The position numbers were made by a program, and so were the translations under genes. From Hypanus sabinus (Eukaryota), in NCBI RefSeq assembly GCF_030144855.1, contig NW_026781500.1, forward strand, positions 124,001 to 187,783: 63,783 nt of DNA, written 5' to 3'. Numbering within the stretch: position 1 is the first letter of the stretch; each line of letters begins with the position of its first letter. Below, in pieces: positions 1 through 13,554 of this stretch. The notes beneath the pieces are model-generated. The model worked only from the letters and a program-made list of their open reading frames with translations. It was not told the origin of the DNA and made no database searches.

Positions 1-736
1 ACCCCCGTCCCCGACTATGGTCCCACACCTTCCATGCACTCACCCCACGGCCAAGTCCACCCTCAACCTCTACCCACACACACACACAGGCAGATCCCCT
101 TCACCTCAATCCCCCTCCGAGCCCGGGAACCACAACTAACTGAGCCCACAGCCCGGACTCGGGTGCAAAGCTAAAACCGGGGCTGCGGGATCGGGGGAGC
201 CCGGAGCCTCCAGCTGTCCGGCAGAGCTCGTTCCCGACACTTTTCATAGAAACATGGAAAACCTGCAGCACGATACAGGCCCTTCGGCCCACAAAGTTGA
301 AATACCACGCCAACCGGCCCCGATTTCCACAAACCCGAGATCAGACGCTTCTTCAGCACCAGCCGTGGCCGGAGGCGGGAGGGACAACGGAGAGGTCAAC
401 CACAAACACGACAAAGTCGTGATGCTGGAAATTCAGAGCAACACAAACAAAATGCTGGCGGAAGTCAGCAGGCCGGGCAGCATCTATCAGAGAGAAAAAT
501 CACACTCCCACCCCACCCCCCGCATAAAAAAAGAACGGCATTGCGATCATCAACCCCCAGACCCACCCCTCCCGCACAAAAGGGAATATTATCATCGATT
601 CCCCCGCCCCCATAAAAAAAACCCTACCCCGCACAACTGCGGAGGAGCCGGTGTCACCAGTGTGGAGGCGGCCGCATCGGGAGCAGCGGACACAACGGGC
701 GACCCCGGAAGATTCACAGGTGAAGTGTCGCCTCAC

Positions 737-1200
737 CTGGAAGGATGTTTGGACAACGGAGAGAGTTCGGCCGTCCGGCCCTTTCACTGTGACACCCCGA
801 ACTCCACATCAAATCCGTCCAAACGAATCTGGGTGAACTTTAATGACCAATAAATATAATTCCTCTCAGCGATCAGCTGTCTGAATGATTCCCTGACTCT
901 GAGAGGAAGGGGCATCTGTGGTCCACACTGTCAGGGTGTTGAGTTTACCAGGAGACAAAGACTGCAGGGACGAGAGGAGTTCTGTTGACTAATACACTGT
1001 GTGTGGACACCGCTGGCAATTCTGGTGATGTGACCCGAATCGAGACAAACACCACGCTGCCCACTCCACCAACAACACGGCACAGCCGGACACATAACAG
1101 GGGATCTTACATCCCACAACACTGGATTCAGCGATGAAACCCGTGATTAATGTTGTTGTCCCACCGAAATCATAAGAAACGTCCATTAAGGTGCTTTAAA
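737..1200 (-). other. Putative non-coding exon 1 of ZNF paralog X (rest of gene lies left of the window)
   Basis: Near-identical to 36909-37350 upstream of ZNF-B; minus-strand donor CCAG|GTGAGG at 737/736; CpG-rich. Confidence 0.5.
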
Positions 1201-1310
1201 TACGACCGCTCTTCTGCAGGTGACGTCGGACACACCCCACACACGTCTGACGTCATACACGGGCTTCCCACACCAGGTTCTGCCCTCAGGTCTTACGTCA
1301 TCCCGCGGAG
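1200..1310 (-). promoter_or_regulatory. CRE-rich CpG promoter of paralog X
   Basis: TGACGTC/TGACGTCA/TTACGTCA motifs at ~1221, ~1248, ~1293; paralogous to 37370-37470. Confidence 0.5.
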
Positions 1311-1584
1311 GGAGGGAGGGGGGGATTTTATTGACAGGATGAAGATGGTGTGAGAGGGGGCGGACAGGATGTTTGTCGTGGGGACAGGAGGGGCTCATCT
1401 GTGGAAATATCTGAGCCCACGGTGGTGTCGAGCAGAGGGATTCACCACCTTGGGGGCAAACACCGGCAGACTGTTGCCCTGCAAGCGGGGCCGATGGTCC
1501 GGAGTAAGTGACAATTATTTGTGCTTTGTTGAGGTTGTAGCTGGAATATGGTGTAAAATCCCGCTCCCCAGACTAACACGGGTT

Positions 1585-1860
1585 ATACAGACCAAAGAAC
1601 AAACTGCCGGGGGAACGCAGCATCTGTGGAGGGAAATGGACCGTCAACTTTTCGGGCCGAGACCCTCCGTCTGGACTGAGAGTGGACGGGAAATAGTCAG
1701 AGAAAAGAGGTGAGGGGTCGGGATGGGGCAAGAGCTGGCGAGTGAGAGGTGGATCCAGGTGAGGGGGAGGTGGGAAGGTGGAAGTAGTGACAGGGGTGGG
1801 AGGTGAGGGGTTGGGGCAAAACGAGGCTGCAGAAGATGGAAATTAATTCCATAGTGGATT
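1585..1860 (-). mobile_element. Penelope-like pLTR fragment with degenerate hammerhead motif
   Basis: Reverse complement reads CAGTC-CAGACGG-AGGGTCTCGGCCC-GAAAA-GTT-GAC; same family as 21250-21690; paralog at 38140-38400. Confidence 0.7.
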
Positions 1861-2131
1861 AACAAAGAGGTTAGAAACTATTTGTTATAGAGAGAGCAAT
1901 GAAGATTCACTAGATTGATCCCTGGGGTGGTGGAGTTGTCATGTGAAGAAGGATCAAATGTGATAACCCTTTCATTTAGAGAATCGAGGACTGAGAGGTG
2001 AACACACTGAAATGCACAACATCATTACCGGTTGAACCAGGATCCCAGTCTCTGAAAAAGGGGGTGGACGGTCCGGGACTGAGATGAGGGAAAATGTCTC
2101 CACTCCGAGGGTGGTGAATGTCTGTAAATCC

Positions 2132-3648
2132 TATTGAGAAATATACCTGACATAATCACTATATATACCTGAAATATAATCACTATATACTGTTACATAT
2201 TCAGGCACCAATAACCAGTTCAGGCAACAGTTCGGGAAGGGTTTATATAACAAACAACACGTTTATTAAACACTGAAAACAAACCCCGCCAAAAGTAAAC
2301 AAACACTAACGTAACCGGAAACAGCTGCTGTGGGGCAGCTCAAACAGTTCTTAAAGCGATGCAGCTCAAACAGTTCTTAAACCGATGTTGCAAAAACAGT
2401 TCTTCAAAGTAGGATTGCCAAAAGTTCGAAATGCTCACAGTTCATTTAAAAGGAGAGACTTTATAAGACGATTTAAATTCTCTTTCACGTCGTTTTGCTT
2501 CGATCCCCGGCGTCGAACTTCCCACAAAGGATTTACGAAACGAAACGGCTTAAAGGCACTGACCTTTCCTTTATCACACTGTCCTCAATCTCCTGCTATC
2601 CCGCAGAGATTAACACGAGAACAGTCAACGAATTCCTTTCAAATAAGGATTAAATAAGTTCGAACCCATTTCACCGTCGAAAATAGATTCTCCTCGATCT
2701 TTAACTCCCCAACTCCGATCTTCACTCTCCTCTGATTTTTGAACTAGCAGTATTGTAAAGAACCTCTTGGCAATGACCTTTTAAACTTTATGCATTAAAT
2801 AAAACTTCATCTTTCAACTAAACTGCGTCATCTCATTTAATCACGCAGTGGCATGAAGTCAACATGGCAAATCCAGCCACGAACTGGCCCTCCTTACAGG
2901 GTGGGGTCTTCCTTTTATAACTTGTAAAAAAAACCTGTCACATGATCTCTACTGGCGGGAAAATGACGTCACTCCGCCATCACAAGACCATTACCTCAAA
3001 TCCAGTAGAGCTTCAACCCCAGTCACGTGACAAGGGTTCCACTGTCATGTCACGAGTACGTAACGGTACTAGCTATCTACTATACAATGTAATCACTCTT
3101 ATGTACTGAATATCACCATGTATTATTTTACTAGACACATTTTGCTATGTATTTTTTACTAGGCACCTTGTATTCTCTTAGCTACATACTGCGGCAGTTA
3201 ATGAACACCTGTTTCGCATAAGCAACACTAGTGAGCAGAAATGTACATATATACAACAGCATGGCTTCAAAAGAGATAACAGGGAGGATGGAATGAACAG
3301 GAAATATAATGTGAGGGAGGTGAAGGGAGGCTGACTGAGAAACATCCGTGGCCAGGAATGAGGCCCAAGAGGTGAAGTGGAAAGAAATACTGGTGGCGCA
3401 CCGAGAGCTAGGCAAGAGCGACTGATTAGTTAATGTATCGATGATATGCAACTAAAAGTTGATTGGGTATGCTCATAAAACTGAAATCTAACTGAGATAA
3501 GAAATTACTATAAAGAATGCTGTACACCGGAGCTCAGAGGGCTTTCGGTGAGAAGTTCATTGATTGCCTCAGCCTTTGTTTGCAAATAAAGGTTTAAACT
3601 TCTCGAAGAATTGTCTGCGTCTCCTGGTCATTTCAAGTAACCACGACA
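2132..3648 (+). mobile_element. Solo LTR (outer), interrupted by a second solo LTR
   Basis: Ends TATTG...CGACA; 4-bp TSD ATCC/ATCT; TATA-like ~3508 and AATAAA ~3585; empty site in the paralog at ~38680. Confidence 0.75.
2191..3065 (-). mobile_element. Gypsy-type solo LTR nested in the outer LTR
   Basis: Inverted termini TGTTACATATTC / GAGTACGTAACG; TSD ATAC/GTAC; minus-strand TATA (~2915) and AATAAA (~2262); internal 26-bp tandem duplication 2335-2405. Confidence 0.8.
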
Positions 3649-4149
3649 ATCTCCACCACAGAGGGCTATGGAGACTCAGTCATCGTTCTCACATAAAACA
3701 GAGGCCGGCAGATGTGTGGAGACCGAAGGGATCGAGGAAATGAGGATCGGACAGAAATGTGGCCGAGATGGGAGAGCAGTCACCATCTTGCTGATGGTTA
3801 GCGGGGCTGAATGGCCACATCCCGTTGTTTCTCACTTGATATTTCAGTGTTCCTGTCCAGTGAGGCCACAGGAATGTGAAGAGGAATGAGTGTTTATAAA
3901 CATAGACTGATTTAAATGAAATCTGCACATTTCCTGTGTGGTCCTGAATTGTGTGTCGGGACGGGATGGGAATCGAAATTATAACTCTGAGAACTCTATG
4001 ACCTGGGGGTGGCTGAAAAGAGATCAGGGAAGACATAGAGGGAAAAACTAAATACGTGTCTGGTGTAAATATGGAAATAATATAGGGAAATAATGAAATA
4101 ATTTGGGAAATGAGGCGGTGGGTAGGGCAATGTGTGAAGGAGGAGACAC

Positions 4150-4406
4150 AGTCAGCGAGTCACGTGATCCTGTTTTACCGCAGATCAGCAGCATCTGCGG
4201 ATTTGATTCCGAGGCTCCGCCCAACGACTGTAACGCAATGAGCACACTGCGCATGCTCACAGTCCCGGGAAAGGCAGTGTTGTTTTTTCGTTCTTTGTGG
4301 AAGTCGGTCGGCGGTGTGTTCGGGATCGGGAGGGGGTTCTCGCCCCTTTGGACGGGAGCCGGAGGCGGATTATTCTCTGCGGGGCAACACCAACAATTTA
4401 CGTTCG
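4150..4406 (+). promoter_or_regulatory. CpG-island promoter and non-coding exon 1 of ZNF-A
   Basis: E-box GTCACGTGA 4159-4167, GC box ~4215, NRF1-like TGCGCATGC 4248-4256; donor TTCG|GTGAGT at 4406/4407. Confidence 0.6.
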
Positions 4407-4474
4407 GTGAGTATTGAAGCCGGTTCCGAGCGGGGAGGTCTGACGGTGTGTAGTGAGTTAACTTTCCAGAACTC

Positions 4475-4690
4475 AAGCAAGATAAAGCCTGCAGATGTTG
4501 GGAATGGGAGCAAAGCGCACAAAATGCTGGAGGAACTCAGCAGGCCGGGCAGCATCTAGGGGAAGAATACAGTCGACATAACCGGCCGAAACCCTTCGGC
4601 AGGACTGGAGAATAAAAGATGGGGGAGGGGAAGGGAGAGAGAAACACAAGGTGATCGGTGAATCCTGAAGGGGGAGGGGATGAACTTTCC
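4475..4690 (-). mobile_element. Penelope-like pLTR fragment; degenerate hammerhead 4570-4607
   Basis: ACAAAATGCTGGAGGAACTCAGCAGGCCGGGCAGCATCT core; reverse complement CAGTC-CTGCCGA-AGGGTTTCGGCCG-GTTAT-GTC-GACTG keeps a perfect stem I. Confidence 0.75.
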
Positions 4691-5039
4691 CGAACTGGCT
4701 GCCTCGCCTCACTTCCTTCACAGAATCTGCCGGGGTCGGTCTGGGTTGTGAGACCTTCTCACCGAACCGTCTGAGATGAGCCGCCGCTCAGCCCGTTGTT
4801 CTGGTCCTCTTAGCAGGATGAAGTAAAACATGTTTCTATCTTGTTACTGACAGAGAATTGTATATTTGCTGTTCTCTGTGTTATCTGAATGTACTTGCCT
4901 GTGATGCTGCTACAAGTCAGTGTTTCTCTGTACCTGTACCTTCCCGTACTTGTGCACTTGGCAATAGATTCAACAGGACCTGAGAAATCTCAGTGAGATT
5001 TGATTAGTGATGATCATCTTGGCAACTCGGTAGGTTGAA

Positions 5040-5430
5040 GGTATGAGACAGTACACTGTAAAATGCAAAACACTACACAGTGTCGATGATCAGAGGGATC
5101 TTAGACTCCAAGTTCATGGCTCCCTGAAAGAGACTGCACAGATTGATCGGGTGGTTAAGAAGGCAAATGACATGGTTGTCTTTATTAGTTGAAGCACTGA
5201 GTTCAAAAGTCGGGAAGTTGTGTTGCAGCTTTAAAAAACTAGTTAGAGTACATCTGGAGTGTTTCATACAGTTCTGGTCGCCCCCATTCTCGGAAGGATG
5301 TCGGGGCTTTGGAGAGGGCGCAGAAGAGGTTTACCAGGATAGTGTCTGGATTAGAGGGCATGAGCTGTAACGGGAGGTTGGACAATCTCATGTTGTTTTC
5401 TCTGGATAGATGTTTATATGATTACCAGAG
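5040..5430 (+). mobile_element. CR1 LINE ORF2 C-terminal fragment
   Basis: Translates to KKLVRVHLECFIQFWSP..., typical CR1 C-terminus. Confidence 0.8.
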
Positions 5431-5619
5431 GATTAGAAGCAGTGTGTCAGAAGGCAGCGTCCATTGTTAAGGAACTCCAGCACCCAGGGCTGCCCTTTTC
5501 TCAATTTTACCATCAGATAGCGAGGTACAGAAGCCTGAAGGCACACACTCAGTGATTCAGAAACAGTTTCTTCCCCTCTGCCATCTGATTGCCAAATGGA
5601 CATTGAACCTTTGAACACA

Positions 5620-6235
5620 ACCTATGCCTCTCATAATCTTATACATCTCTATCAGGTCACCTCTTATCCTCCGTCACTCCAAGTAGAAATGGCCGAGTTC
5701 ACTCCACCTATTCTCATAAGGCATGCTCCCCAATCCAGGCAACATCCTTGTAAACCTCCTTTGCACTCTTTCTAAGGTTTCCACATTCTTCCTGTAGTAA
5801 GGCGACCAGAATTGAGCACAGTTGCGTGTGACCAGGGTCCTGTATGGCTGCAACATTACCTCACACTTCTAATTGCATTCCCACGATTAATGAAGGTCAA
5901 TGCAATATACATCGTCTTAAACAGAGAGTCAACCTGCGTCGCAGCTTTGAGTGTCCTATGGACTCGGACCTCAAGATCCCGCTGATCCTCCACACTGCCA
6001 TGAGCCTTACCATTAATGCTATATTCTGCCATCACGTTTGACCAAACAAAATGAACAACTTCAAACTTATCCGGGTTGAACTCCAATTGCGACCCCTCAG
6101 CCTGGTTTTGCATGCTTTCGGTGCCCGCTGTAAAGATCTAACACTTTCCACACTATCCACAACACCCCCAAGCTTTGTGTCATCAGCAAATTTACTAACA
6201 TATCCCTTCACTTCCTCATCCAGGTCATTTTATAA
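5620..6235 (-). mobile_element. CR1 LINE ORF2 fragment
   Basis: FNPDKFEVVHF...; CAQFWSPYYRKNVETLERVQRRFTRMLPG. Confidence 0.85.
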
Positions 6236-8081
6236 TGTTCCCAGATATATGTATACTGTAATTGATTTAGTTATTTATTTTTATGATTATTTTTCTTCTA
6301 TATTGCGTATTGCATTGAACTGCTCATTCCCTGCCCATCTTGTTCAACCTCTGTCCAGTCTCTCTGCCTCCAGCTTCAGTAATATGCATCAACTATCTGG
6401 GTCAAACTTGGTCCACCCTGTATCACTCCCCTTTTCAGTGATATATATCAGCAATCCTTCTAACCATAGTCTTCATTGTGAACTATTCTTTTACACCTTT
6501 CACCTCACTGAGTTATTTCCAAAATCACTTTTTGTTAGCTGGAATGCCGGAGGGTCATCAGGTCCCAGTTCTGTTGTGCATTGGTGTGGAGGTGCTCGTT
6601 TATGAACAGTGACGGGCTGACACATTTCATTGTATTACAGTCAGCAAGGAGTACTGGGAGAGTTGGTGCTTGGACCCTAGTCCTGTGATGGCTTTGACTT
6701 CAGTTAGTGCTTCTGCAGAAGGGGCTGGATGGTCCTCCGTCTGCAATGAAGCAGAAATTTTGAGCAGCTGCACATTGGTTGCGGGGAAATCCTGGACTGC
6801 ACTACCCAGTGTGCGATCTGTGAGGTTGGGTTCTTGATTTTGTTGGATTCAGTTTTTGATCCAGGTAAAATGGACCCAGGAATCGAGCTGCTTGGGCTTA
6901 TGGGGTGTTGAGCAAGTACTTCTGTTGTAGGATCAGATGTTAGTTTCTGGAGTTCCTCTGGAAGCATTGACTGCTAATCTGAGGAGTGGCCATGAGTAAA
7001 TGGGCTGTTCTGTGATAACAACAGGAAAAATAGACCTGCGAGTTTGGTGTTCAAACTGTGTTTAGAAATTCCCCCCCCCACTGTCACCTGTTGGCCACTC
7101 GGTGCAAGTCAAGCAGAATCTCAAGTTGCTGGAGATCTGCACTAAAAACTGAAAACGTTTGAAGACATTCTGATGAAACGTTATTAACCTGAATTGTAAA
7201 GTTTGTCCTCTCCCCACAGCTGTTCCTTACCTGCTGAGCATTTCTGGTAATTCCAGCTTCTTTTTATTACATTAATCCTGGACTGGTCTATATTTTCCAA
7301 TATGGACCTGATTTAACCTGGGAATGGAAATGGCTCGTTCTGTGCTGGTACAACAGTGAAGAAAGCACAACTTTCCCTATCAATTAACCTGGTACCAATT
7401 TGTCTGTTTTTCCTGGAAATGTGTTCAGTGCAATTGTTGCCAACAAGTTTCACATGAATGATCGGCTTTATGTATGAGGAGCATTTGATGGTTCTGGACC
7501 TGTGCTCAATGGAGTTCAGAGAGACAGTGGGAGTGGTGGAGGGATGTATGCTTAAGTAAAACTACAGAATGCTGAAAAGCCTGGTTACAGTGGACATGGA
7601 GAGGATGTTTCCATTAGACAGAGAGTCTGTGATATGAGAGCATAATCTCAGAATAAAGATGCTTCCCTTTAAAACTGAGAAAAACGTTTTGTCCAACAGA
7701 TGTCTGATCTGTGGAATTTGTTGCAGCAGAGGTTGGTTGAGGTATATTTATGACAGAGATTGATATATTCCAGATGGCTAAGTAGCTGCAGGGTTACAGG
7801 AAGAAGGCAGGAATATTGTGTTGGAATAAAAATTAACCATGGTTGAATGGTGGGGCAGACCAGATTGATTGAATCATCTACTTCTGTTCCTGACTGAATG
7901 ATTGCTCCTTATCCCATATCTTTTTGTGACGTGTAAGGGACAATAAAAGATTGTTTGCTGAGATCATTATATCTGCATTCAACTTTTAACTTTCAGTGAG
8001 TTTTGTTCTTAGTAATATTAAGCAGAAATGTTTGGTTCTCCTTTTTATTGTTAATGTGCTTTATTATCTCTCTGGTTAAAG

Positions 8082-8245
8082 TTCGACCTGCGGTGAGAGG
8101 TCTATTGGAAGAAAGGCCCCAACTGGAAGCAAACAACGGCTGAAGACGGGAACAGCAACAAGTGAACCAGCGCGAGGACTGAGAGCATCAACGAGAGAAC
8201 ACTCCTGACTCAGAGTTTCCATTGATTCAGTCAGGAGAAAGTTTG
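8082..8245 (+). other. Non-coding exon 2 of ZNF-A
   Basis: Acceptor TTAAAG|TTCG and donor TTTG|GTGAGT; exon and both splice sites conserved in B (32071-32238) and D (59994-60144). Confidence 0.7.
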
Positions 8246-8505
8246 GTGAGTCTCATTTAGTCAAACATTGAAGTCATGGTTCAGCATGGTACGATGAATG
8301 TGCTGAGCTGTGTATATCACAATGCAAGAAGCATCGTAGGAAAGCCCGATGAGCTCAGGAAAGGGAATTATGATATTATAGACATTATTGGAACTTGTTT
8401 ACACCCAATAGTCTGAGGGATTTAGAGGAACAAATTTGTAGAGAGATTGCAGACCATGCCAAGAAAGAAAAGTTGATTCAGTAAGGGATTTTAACTTTTG
8501 ATATA

Positions 8506-9465
8506 CAGGCAGTCCCCGGGTTACATATGAGTTCCATTCCTGAGTCCGTCTTTAAGCCAGATTTGTACGTATGTTGGAACAAGTACATCCGGTATTATTT
8601 AGTGTCAGTTAGTCAAACGTTTGTCTTAGTATACAGTATATATTTTACTTTTCTATGTATATAAAACACTTATAAGTATGTATTCCAATAATTAAACTAT
8701 TGTGTGGCTTAGTAATAATTATAGCTTTCATCGGGGCAGGGACTTTCACATGCTCCATTATTCTCACTTTATCCATTATCATTTAAAATTGTTACAATAG
8801 TTGACCGACTGTAGCCTAATGCTTTTCCAGTGACGGATGGCATTTCACCTCTTTCCAAATGCTTTCTTATTCACACTTTATTTTCAAGTGCGATTGCTTG
8901 CTGTCAGTGGAACAGAAACTCTGCAGGCGGTGGGTGCTGACCTCTGTCAGCTCCAAAGCTCCACTGGGTCCAAAGAACTGCAACACTAAATTCCCCAGGT
9001 CCTAAACTGTACACTGAGACAGGTTAAATGGGACAAGTGGGGGCTGTGCTCGGTTTGGGTATTTGATCCTCCACAATGTTCTGTGTGGGAATTTAAACTG
9101 GAGGTGGCAGTGTTTTTTTTACAAGGTCGAGTCGCGAGCTCAACATCAACCCTGCATGGAGGGTACGGGAGTCACTGGATCGACATCAACCCGGCACGGG
9201 AGCAGTCTGTCACTAAAACAAACTCGAGAACCTCCGTTCTCTAGCCCAGTGCTGAGCTGACTGCGCCACCAGCTGACAGGAATGGTGGGAGGGGTTTGTG
9301 GTGTCAGGGTAAATCTTACTAAGAAAAATTTAAGCCCAATACAAAGTTAAACACTCAACACAGTGTTAGAGGCAATGACTTAAAATGGTGGACTGCATTC
9401 TCCTTCCTCGGTTCGTAAGTACAAGTTGCTCGTAAGTCGGACATTTGTAACTCAGGGACTACCTG
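8506..9465. mobile_element. Tigger/pogo-like non-autonomous DNA transposon
   Basis: TIRs CAGGCAGTCCCCGGGTTAC / GTAACTCAGGGACTACCTG flanked by TA; splits a CR1 endonuclease relic; empty site in paralog B near 27160. Confidence 0.85.
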
Positions 9466-10840
9466 TATTGATTGGGACTCGAATAGTGTAAAAGGGGTAG
9501 ATGGGGTAGAGTTTCTCAAATGTGCCCTTAATCAGTATGTAAAATTCCTGACGTAGAAGTGTGCAATAAGCTGTTAGGAAATGATCAGGGCCTGTGACAG
9601 AAATTAGTGATCATAATGCCATGAAATTCAAAATAAAGATAGAGAAAGAGAGGTCTGGACCACGGGTTGAGATTCTAAATTGGAGAAAAGTCAATTTTGA
9701 TGGTATCAGGAAGGATCTGACAAGTGTGGCTTGGGACAGTCTGTTTCCTGGCAAAGGAGTACTTGGTAAGTGGGAGGCATTGAGAAGTGAAATTTTGAGA
9801 GTGTAGAGTTTGTATGTGCCTAAAAACATAAAAGTTGAAACGTAACCAGTGCAGGGAACCTTGATTTTCAGGAAATATTGAGGCCCTGGATATTTTGTTC
9901 CTCTAAATGCCTCAGACTGTTGGGTGCTGCCAAGACTCATTAATGACTACAAATCATAATTCCACTTCCTGCGCTCATCTGACTTTTTTTTAGTTGTCTT
10001 CTGTTAGGTTCTAAAAGCTTCCAAATAATGTTTGCTCTTTTGTTTTCCCCTCTCTTTGGCTTTTATGTTGTCTTTGGCTTCTCATTTCAGCCACGGTTGT
10101 GTCCTCCTGCCTTTCCAATGCTTCCACTTCTTTGGGATGCATCGATGACTCAGCTTCCAAAATGCTCCCAGAAACTCCAGCCATTGCTGCTCCGTTGTCA
10201 CTCCTCCCTTTTCCCTTCCAAACAAGCTTCAACAGCTTCTCTGTCACAGAAACATGGAGAAGTTCAGTAGAGAAATAGGCTATTTGGCCCATCTAGTCAA
10301 TGCTGAAAAAAACATTTAAGCTGTGCAACTACCTGCACTGGGACCATCGCCCTCCATACCCCTACCATCCACACTCCCATCCAAACTTCTTTTAAATGGT
10401 GAAACCGAGCTCATATTCACCACTTGTGCTGACATCTCATTCCACCCTCTCACAACCATTTCAGTAAAGAGCTTTTCCAAATGTTCCCATTAAATTTTCA
10501 CCTTCTCCACTTACGTATGACTTCTGGTTATCATTGCACCCAACCTCAGTGGAAAATCCTCCTTCCATTTAACCTATCTTTACCCTCATAATGTTGTATA
10601 CTTCTGACAAATGCACAAAGCAATGTATAATTTAATTTTTTATGTTTAGAGCATTTTTAGGTGTATAAGCTGATGAGGGGTATTGATCATGTGGATATCC
10701 AGAGGTTTATTCCCAGGGCTGAAATCACTAACACGAGGGGACATAGTTTTAAGGTGCTTAGAAATATATACCGAGGGGATGTGAGGGGTAAGTTTTTTTA
10801 CACAGAGAGTGGTGGGTGCGTGGAATGCACTGCCGGCTAT
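9466..10840. repeat. Mosaic of CR1 fragments in both orientations, shared with B (26330-27350) and C (44400-45550) introns
   Basis: SDHNAMKFK endonuclease-like segment; same inversion junctions in three paralogs. Confidence 0.75.
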
Positions 10841-11173
10841 TTGTGTGAGAGTGTTTCAGTTACTGTGGGGGAGGAATCCATGCAGCTCAGTGGGAACAGG
10901 GAATAATACCAATCGAGAGAGTCAAACTGAGGCAGGTCACAGATTGGAGATGGCAGAGATGACCCATTCTTATAGAGACAGGAAGAGCATCAGAGAGTTT
11001 AATGGTCATTCCAGATACCTGCACTGTGCCCAGTTAGAAGGTGATTTCTCTCTCCAAATTGGGTTAAACTTCACTGTAACAGTGTGATGTCAGAACACAC
11101 CTTGACAACTCAAGTGATCTCAGCTGAAATGTTGTTCTACACCAATTGATGGATTTTGTAAATCTTTTCACAG

Positions 11174-11494
11174 GTTAAAAATGACAAGGAATTTGTCTAC
11201 GGGAATGTATAACATAACACACACGTTTTGCTGTCTCTTTTGATATTTAAGAAGTGGAGCAAGGGATTCACTCGATTATCCTTCCTGCTCAGACTGTGGC
11301 GAGGGATTTACTCGGTCATTTCAATTGAAGGTACATCAGCAAGTTCGCACTGGGACAAGGCCGTTCACCTGTTCTGTTTGTGAGAAAGGATCCAGTTGTC
11401 TTCCCACCTGTGGACACACTAGTCAGATCACACTGGGCAGAAGCTCTTCATCTGCTGAATTTGTGGGGAAAGATTCATTTTGTCATCTAACCTA
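11174..11494 (+). other. 5' part of terminal exon of ZNF-A: degenerate (dead) fingers acting as 5' UTR
   Basis: Acceptor TTTCACAG|GTTAAAA; frameshifted finger-like units; in-frame TGA at ~11456; conserved in B, C, D. Confidence 0.7.
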
Positions 11495-12280
11495 ATGGCT
11501 CACCAGCGAGTTCACACCAGAGAGCGGCCATTCATCTGCTCAGACTGTGGGAAGGGATTCACTCAGTCGTCCGCCCTAATGGCACACCGACGAGTTCACA
11601 CTGGGGAGCGGCCGTTCACCTGCTCGAACTGTGGGAAGAGATTCACTCGGTCATCCCAACTGAAGGTACATCAGCGAGTTCACACCGGGGAGAGGCCATT
11701 CACTTGCTCAGACTGTGGGAAGGGATTCACTCGGTCATCTAACCTAATGGCACACCAGCAAATTCACACCGGGGAGAGGCCGTTCACCTGTTCAGACTGT
11801 GGGAAGGGATTCACTTGCTTATCCCAACTGAAGGTGCATCAGCGAGTTCACACCGGGGAGAGGCCGTTCACCTGCTCTGACTGTGGGAAAGGATTCATTT
11901 GCTCATCCCAGCTGAAGGTACACCAGTCAGTTCACACTGGGGAGAGGCTGTACACTTGCTCAGTCTGTGGGAAGGGATTTACCCGGTCATCTCAGTTACT
12001 GAGACACCAGTCAGTTCACACTGGTCAGTGGCTGTTCACCTGCTCAGACTGTGGGAAGGGATTCACTGAATCATCTCAACTGAAGGTACATCAGAGAGTT
12101 CACACTGGAGAGAGGTCATTCACCTGCTCAGTCTGTGGGAAGGGATTCACTCGGTCATCCGACCTACTGGCACACCAGCGAATTCACACCGGGGAGCGGC
12201 CATTCACCTGCTCAGACTGTGGGAAGGGATTCACTCGGTCATCTAAGCTGAAGGTACATCAGCGAATTCACACTGGGTAG
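11495..12280 (+). CDS. ZNF-A: C2H2 zinc-finger-only protein, 9 fingers, 261 aa
   Basis: Nine CxxC-x12-HxxxH units with TGERPF linkers; first ATG 11495; TAG stop inside the last linker. Confidence 0.9.
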   Translation: MAHQRVHTRERPFICSDCGKGFTQSSALMAHRRVHTGERPFTCSNCGKRFTRSSQLKVHQRVHTGERPFTCSDCGKGFTRSSNLMAHQQIHTGERPFTCSDCGKGFTCLSQLKVHQRVHTGERPFTCSDCGKGFICSSQLKVHQSVHTGERLYTCSVCGKGFTRSSQLLRHQSVHTGQWLFTCSDCGKGFTESSQLKVHQRVHTGERSFTCSVCGKGFTRSSDLLAHQRIHTGERPFTCSDCGKGFTRSSKLKVHQRIHTG

Positions 12281-13554
12281 AGGCTGATCACCTGCTCAGA
12301 CTTCGGGAAAAGATTTTCTCAGCCAAATCGACCAAGTGTGCATCATTGAGTTCTTACCGGGGAGTGTCCGTTCACCTGCTGTGAATGTGGTAAGCAATTA
12401 ACTCAGTAATCAGACACAGACATACTTTATTGTTCCTGAGAAATTGGGTTTCGTGACAGTCGCACCAACCAAAAACAGGAAATATAGCAATATGAAACCA
12501 TAAATAATTAAATAATACTAAGTAAAGTATGCTGTTACGTACCCAGTAACTGGGTTAACAGACCAGCAGAAATGGACGGATACGTTGGTGTCTGGTGGTA
12601 CTTTAACTAAAGGTGTTTATTAGTAAAATAAGCCAAAGAGTATCAATAATGCAAATATACATATAAAACAGGTTAGCAATAATAAACAAGCTCTATCAAT
12701 ATCTAGGGGTAAATGAATAGTCATAAGAGAATATAAAGTTCAGTTCAGTTCGTCCATGCTGAGGTAGCTGTTGCTGTGCTGCAATTGGAGAGAGAGAGAG
12801 AGAGAGGGGGGGAGAAAGCGACCAAGAGATTGGGCAGCTGCAGCAGGCAAACCTTCTGTTGTCTTCTTATTCCGTTGTACCATTGTGGTCATTCGGTTAT
12901 GACCCCTCCGTTCTCAGCTAGACTGTTCTTCAGTGGTGGACTCATCACCCTGGCATGACTGGACACACACACAAGTCCCCACCAGCCCTGCCGTCACACT
13001 GTGAGCCTTTGTGACTGATCTTCTGATTCGGTCCTCTAAGCCCCCACCCTGTGGGTGCACAACACTCGGTCAGTGTCCACTGGTGTGTCTGAGGAGTGTC
13101 TCCCCAGACCCGTCTTTTATCCCCACTGACGGGGTATCAGCCATCCATCAACTCAATATGTCTATGTCCATCAAACTAGGCCACTCCTGCTGTCTCTTCA
13201 GGAATGTTAACGAGCAAAGAAGTGTCCCTGCAGCAAAAGGTTTCGTTTACATGTCCATCAGTGAAGCAGCCGTAATACATAAATCAGTCGTCTCTCTCTT
13301 ATCTGTAGCAGATATCTCTAGCTCTGTTCTTCATCTCTCTCTCACTCTCATTAGCAGCATAGTCCTCAAAGGGGGGGGGAAGGGTCAGCTCTGGACCCCA
13401 TTTCCATCAGGACTGTTCAGCACACATAACACCCCCACCCTTCAAAGAATCTTCACCGGGTTGAAAATTCACTAGTAAAGCACATTACAGAGTCTAATCT
13501 AATACAGAAGTGGTCTTTAACTACAAGGATAACACAGGTATACTTTCAAATTAT

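Larger units (their letters stand above)
360..2130. repeat. Segmental duplication, direct copy of ~36385-38683
   Basis: Long near-identical stretches, e.g. 620-1170 vs 36795-37325 and 1320-2130 vs 37860-38683. Confidence 0.95.

Noticed and set aside
8082-8245. Exon 2 as a novel N-terminal effector domain
   Set aside because: No ATG in A, only a short uORF in B, length varies (164/168/151 nt), and stops and frameshifts separate it from the finger ORF
11480-11494. TTG starts given by the ORF track for ZNF-A and ZNF-C
   Set aside because: Eukaryotic genes; the ATG shared by all four paralogs is the better start
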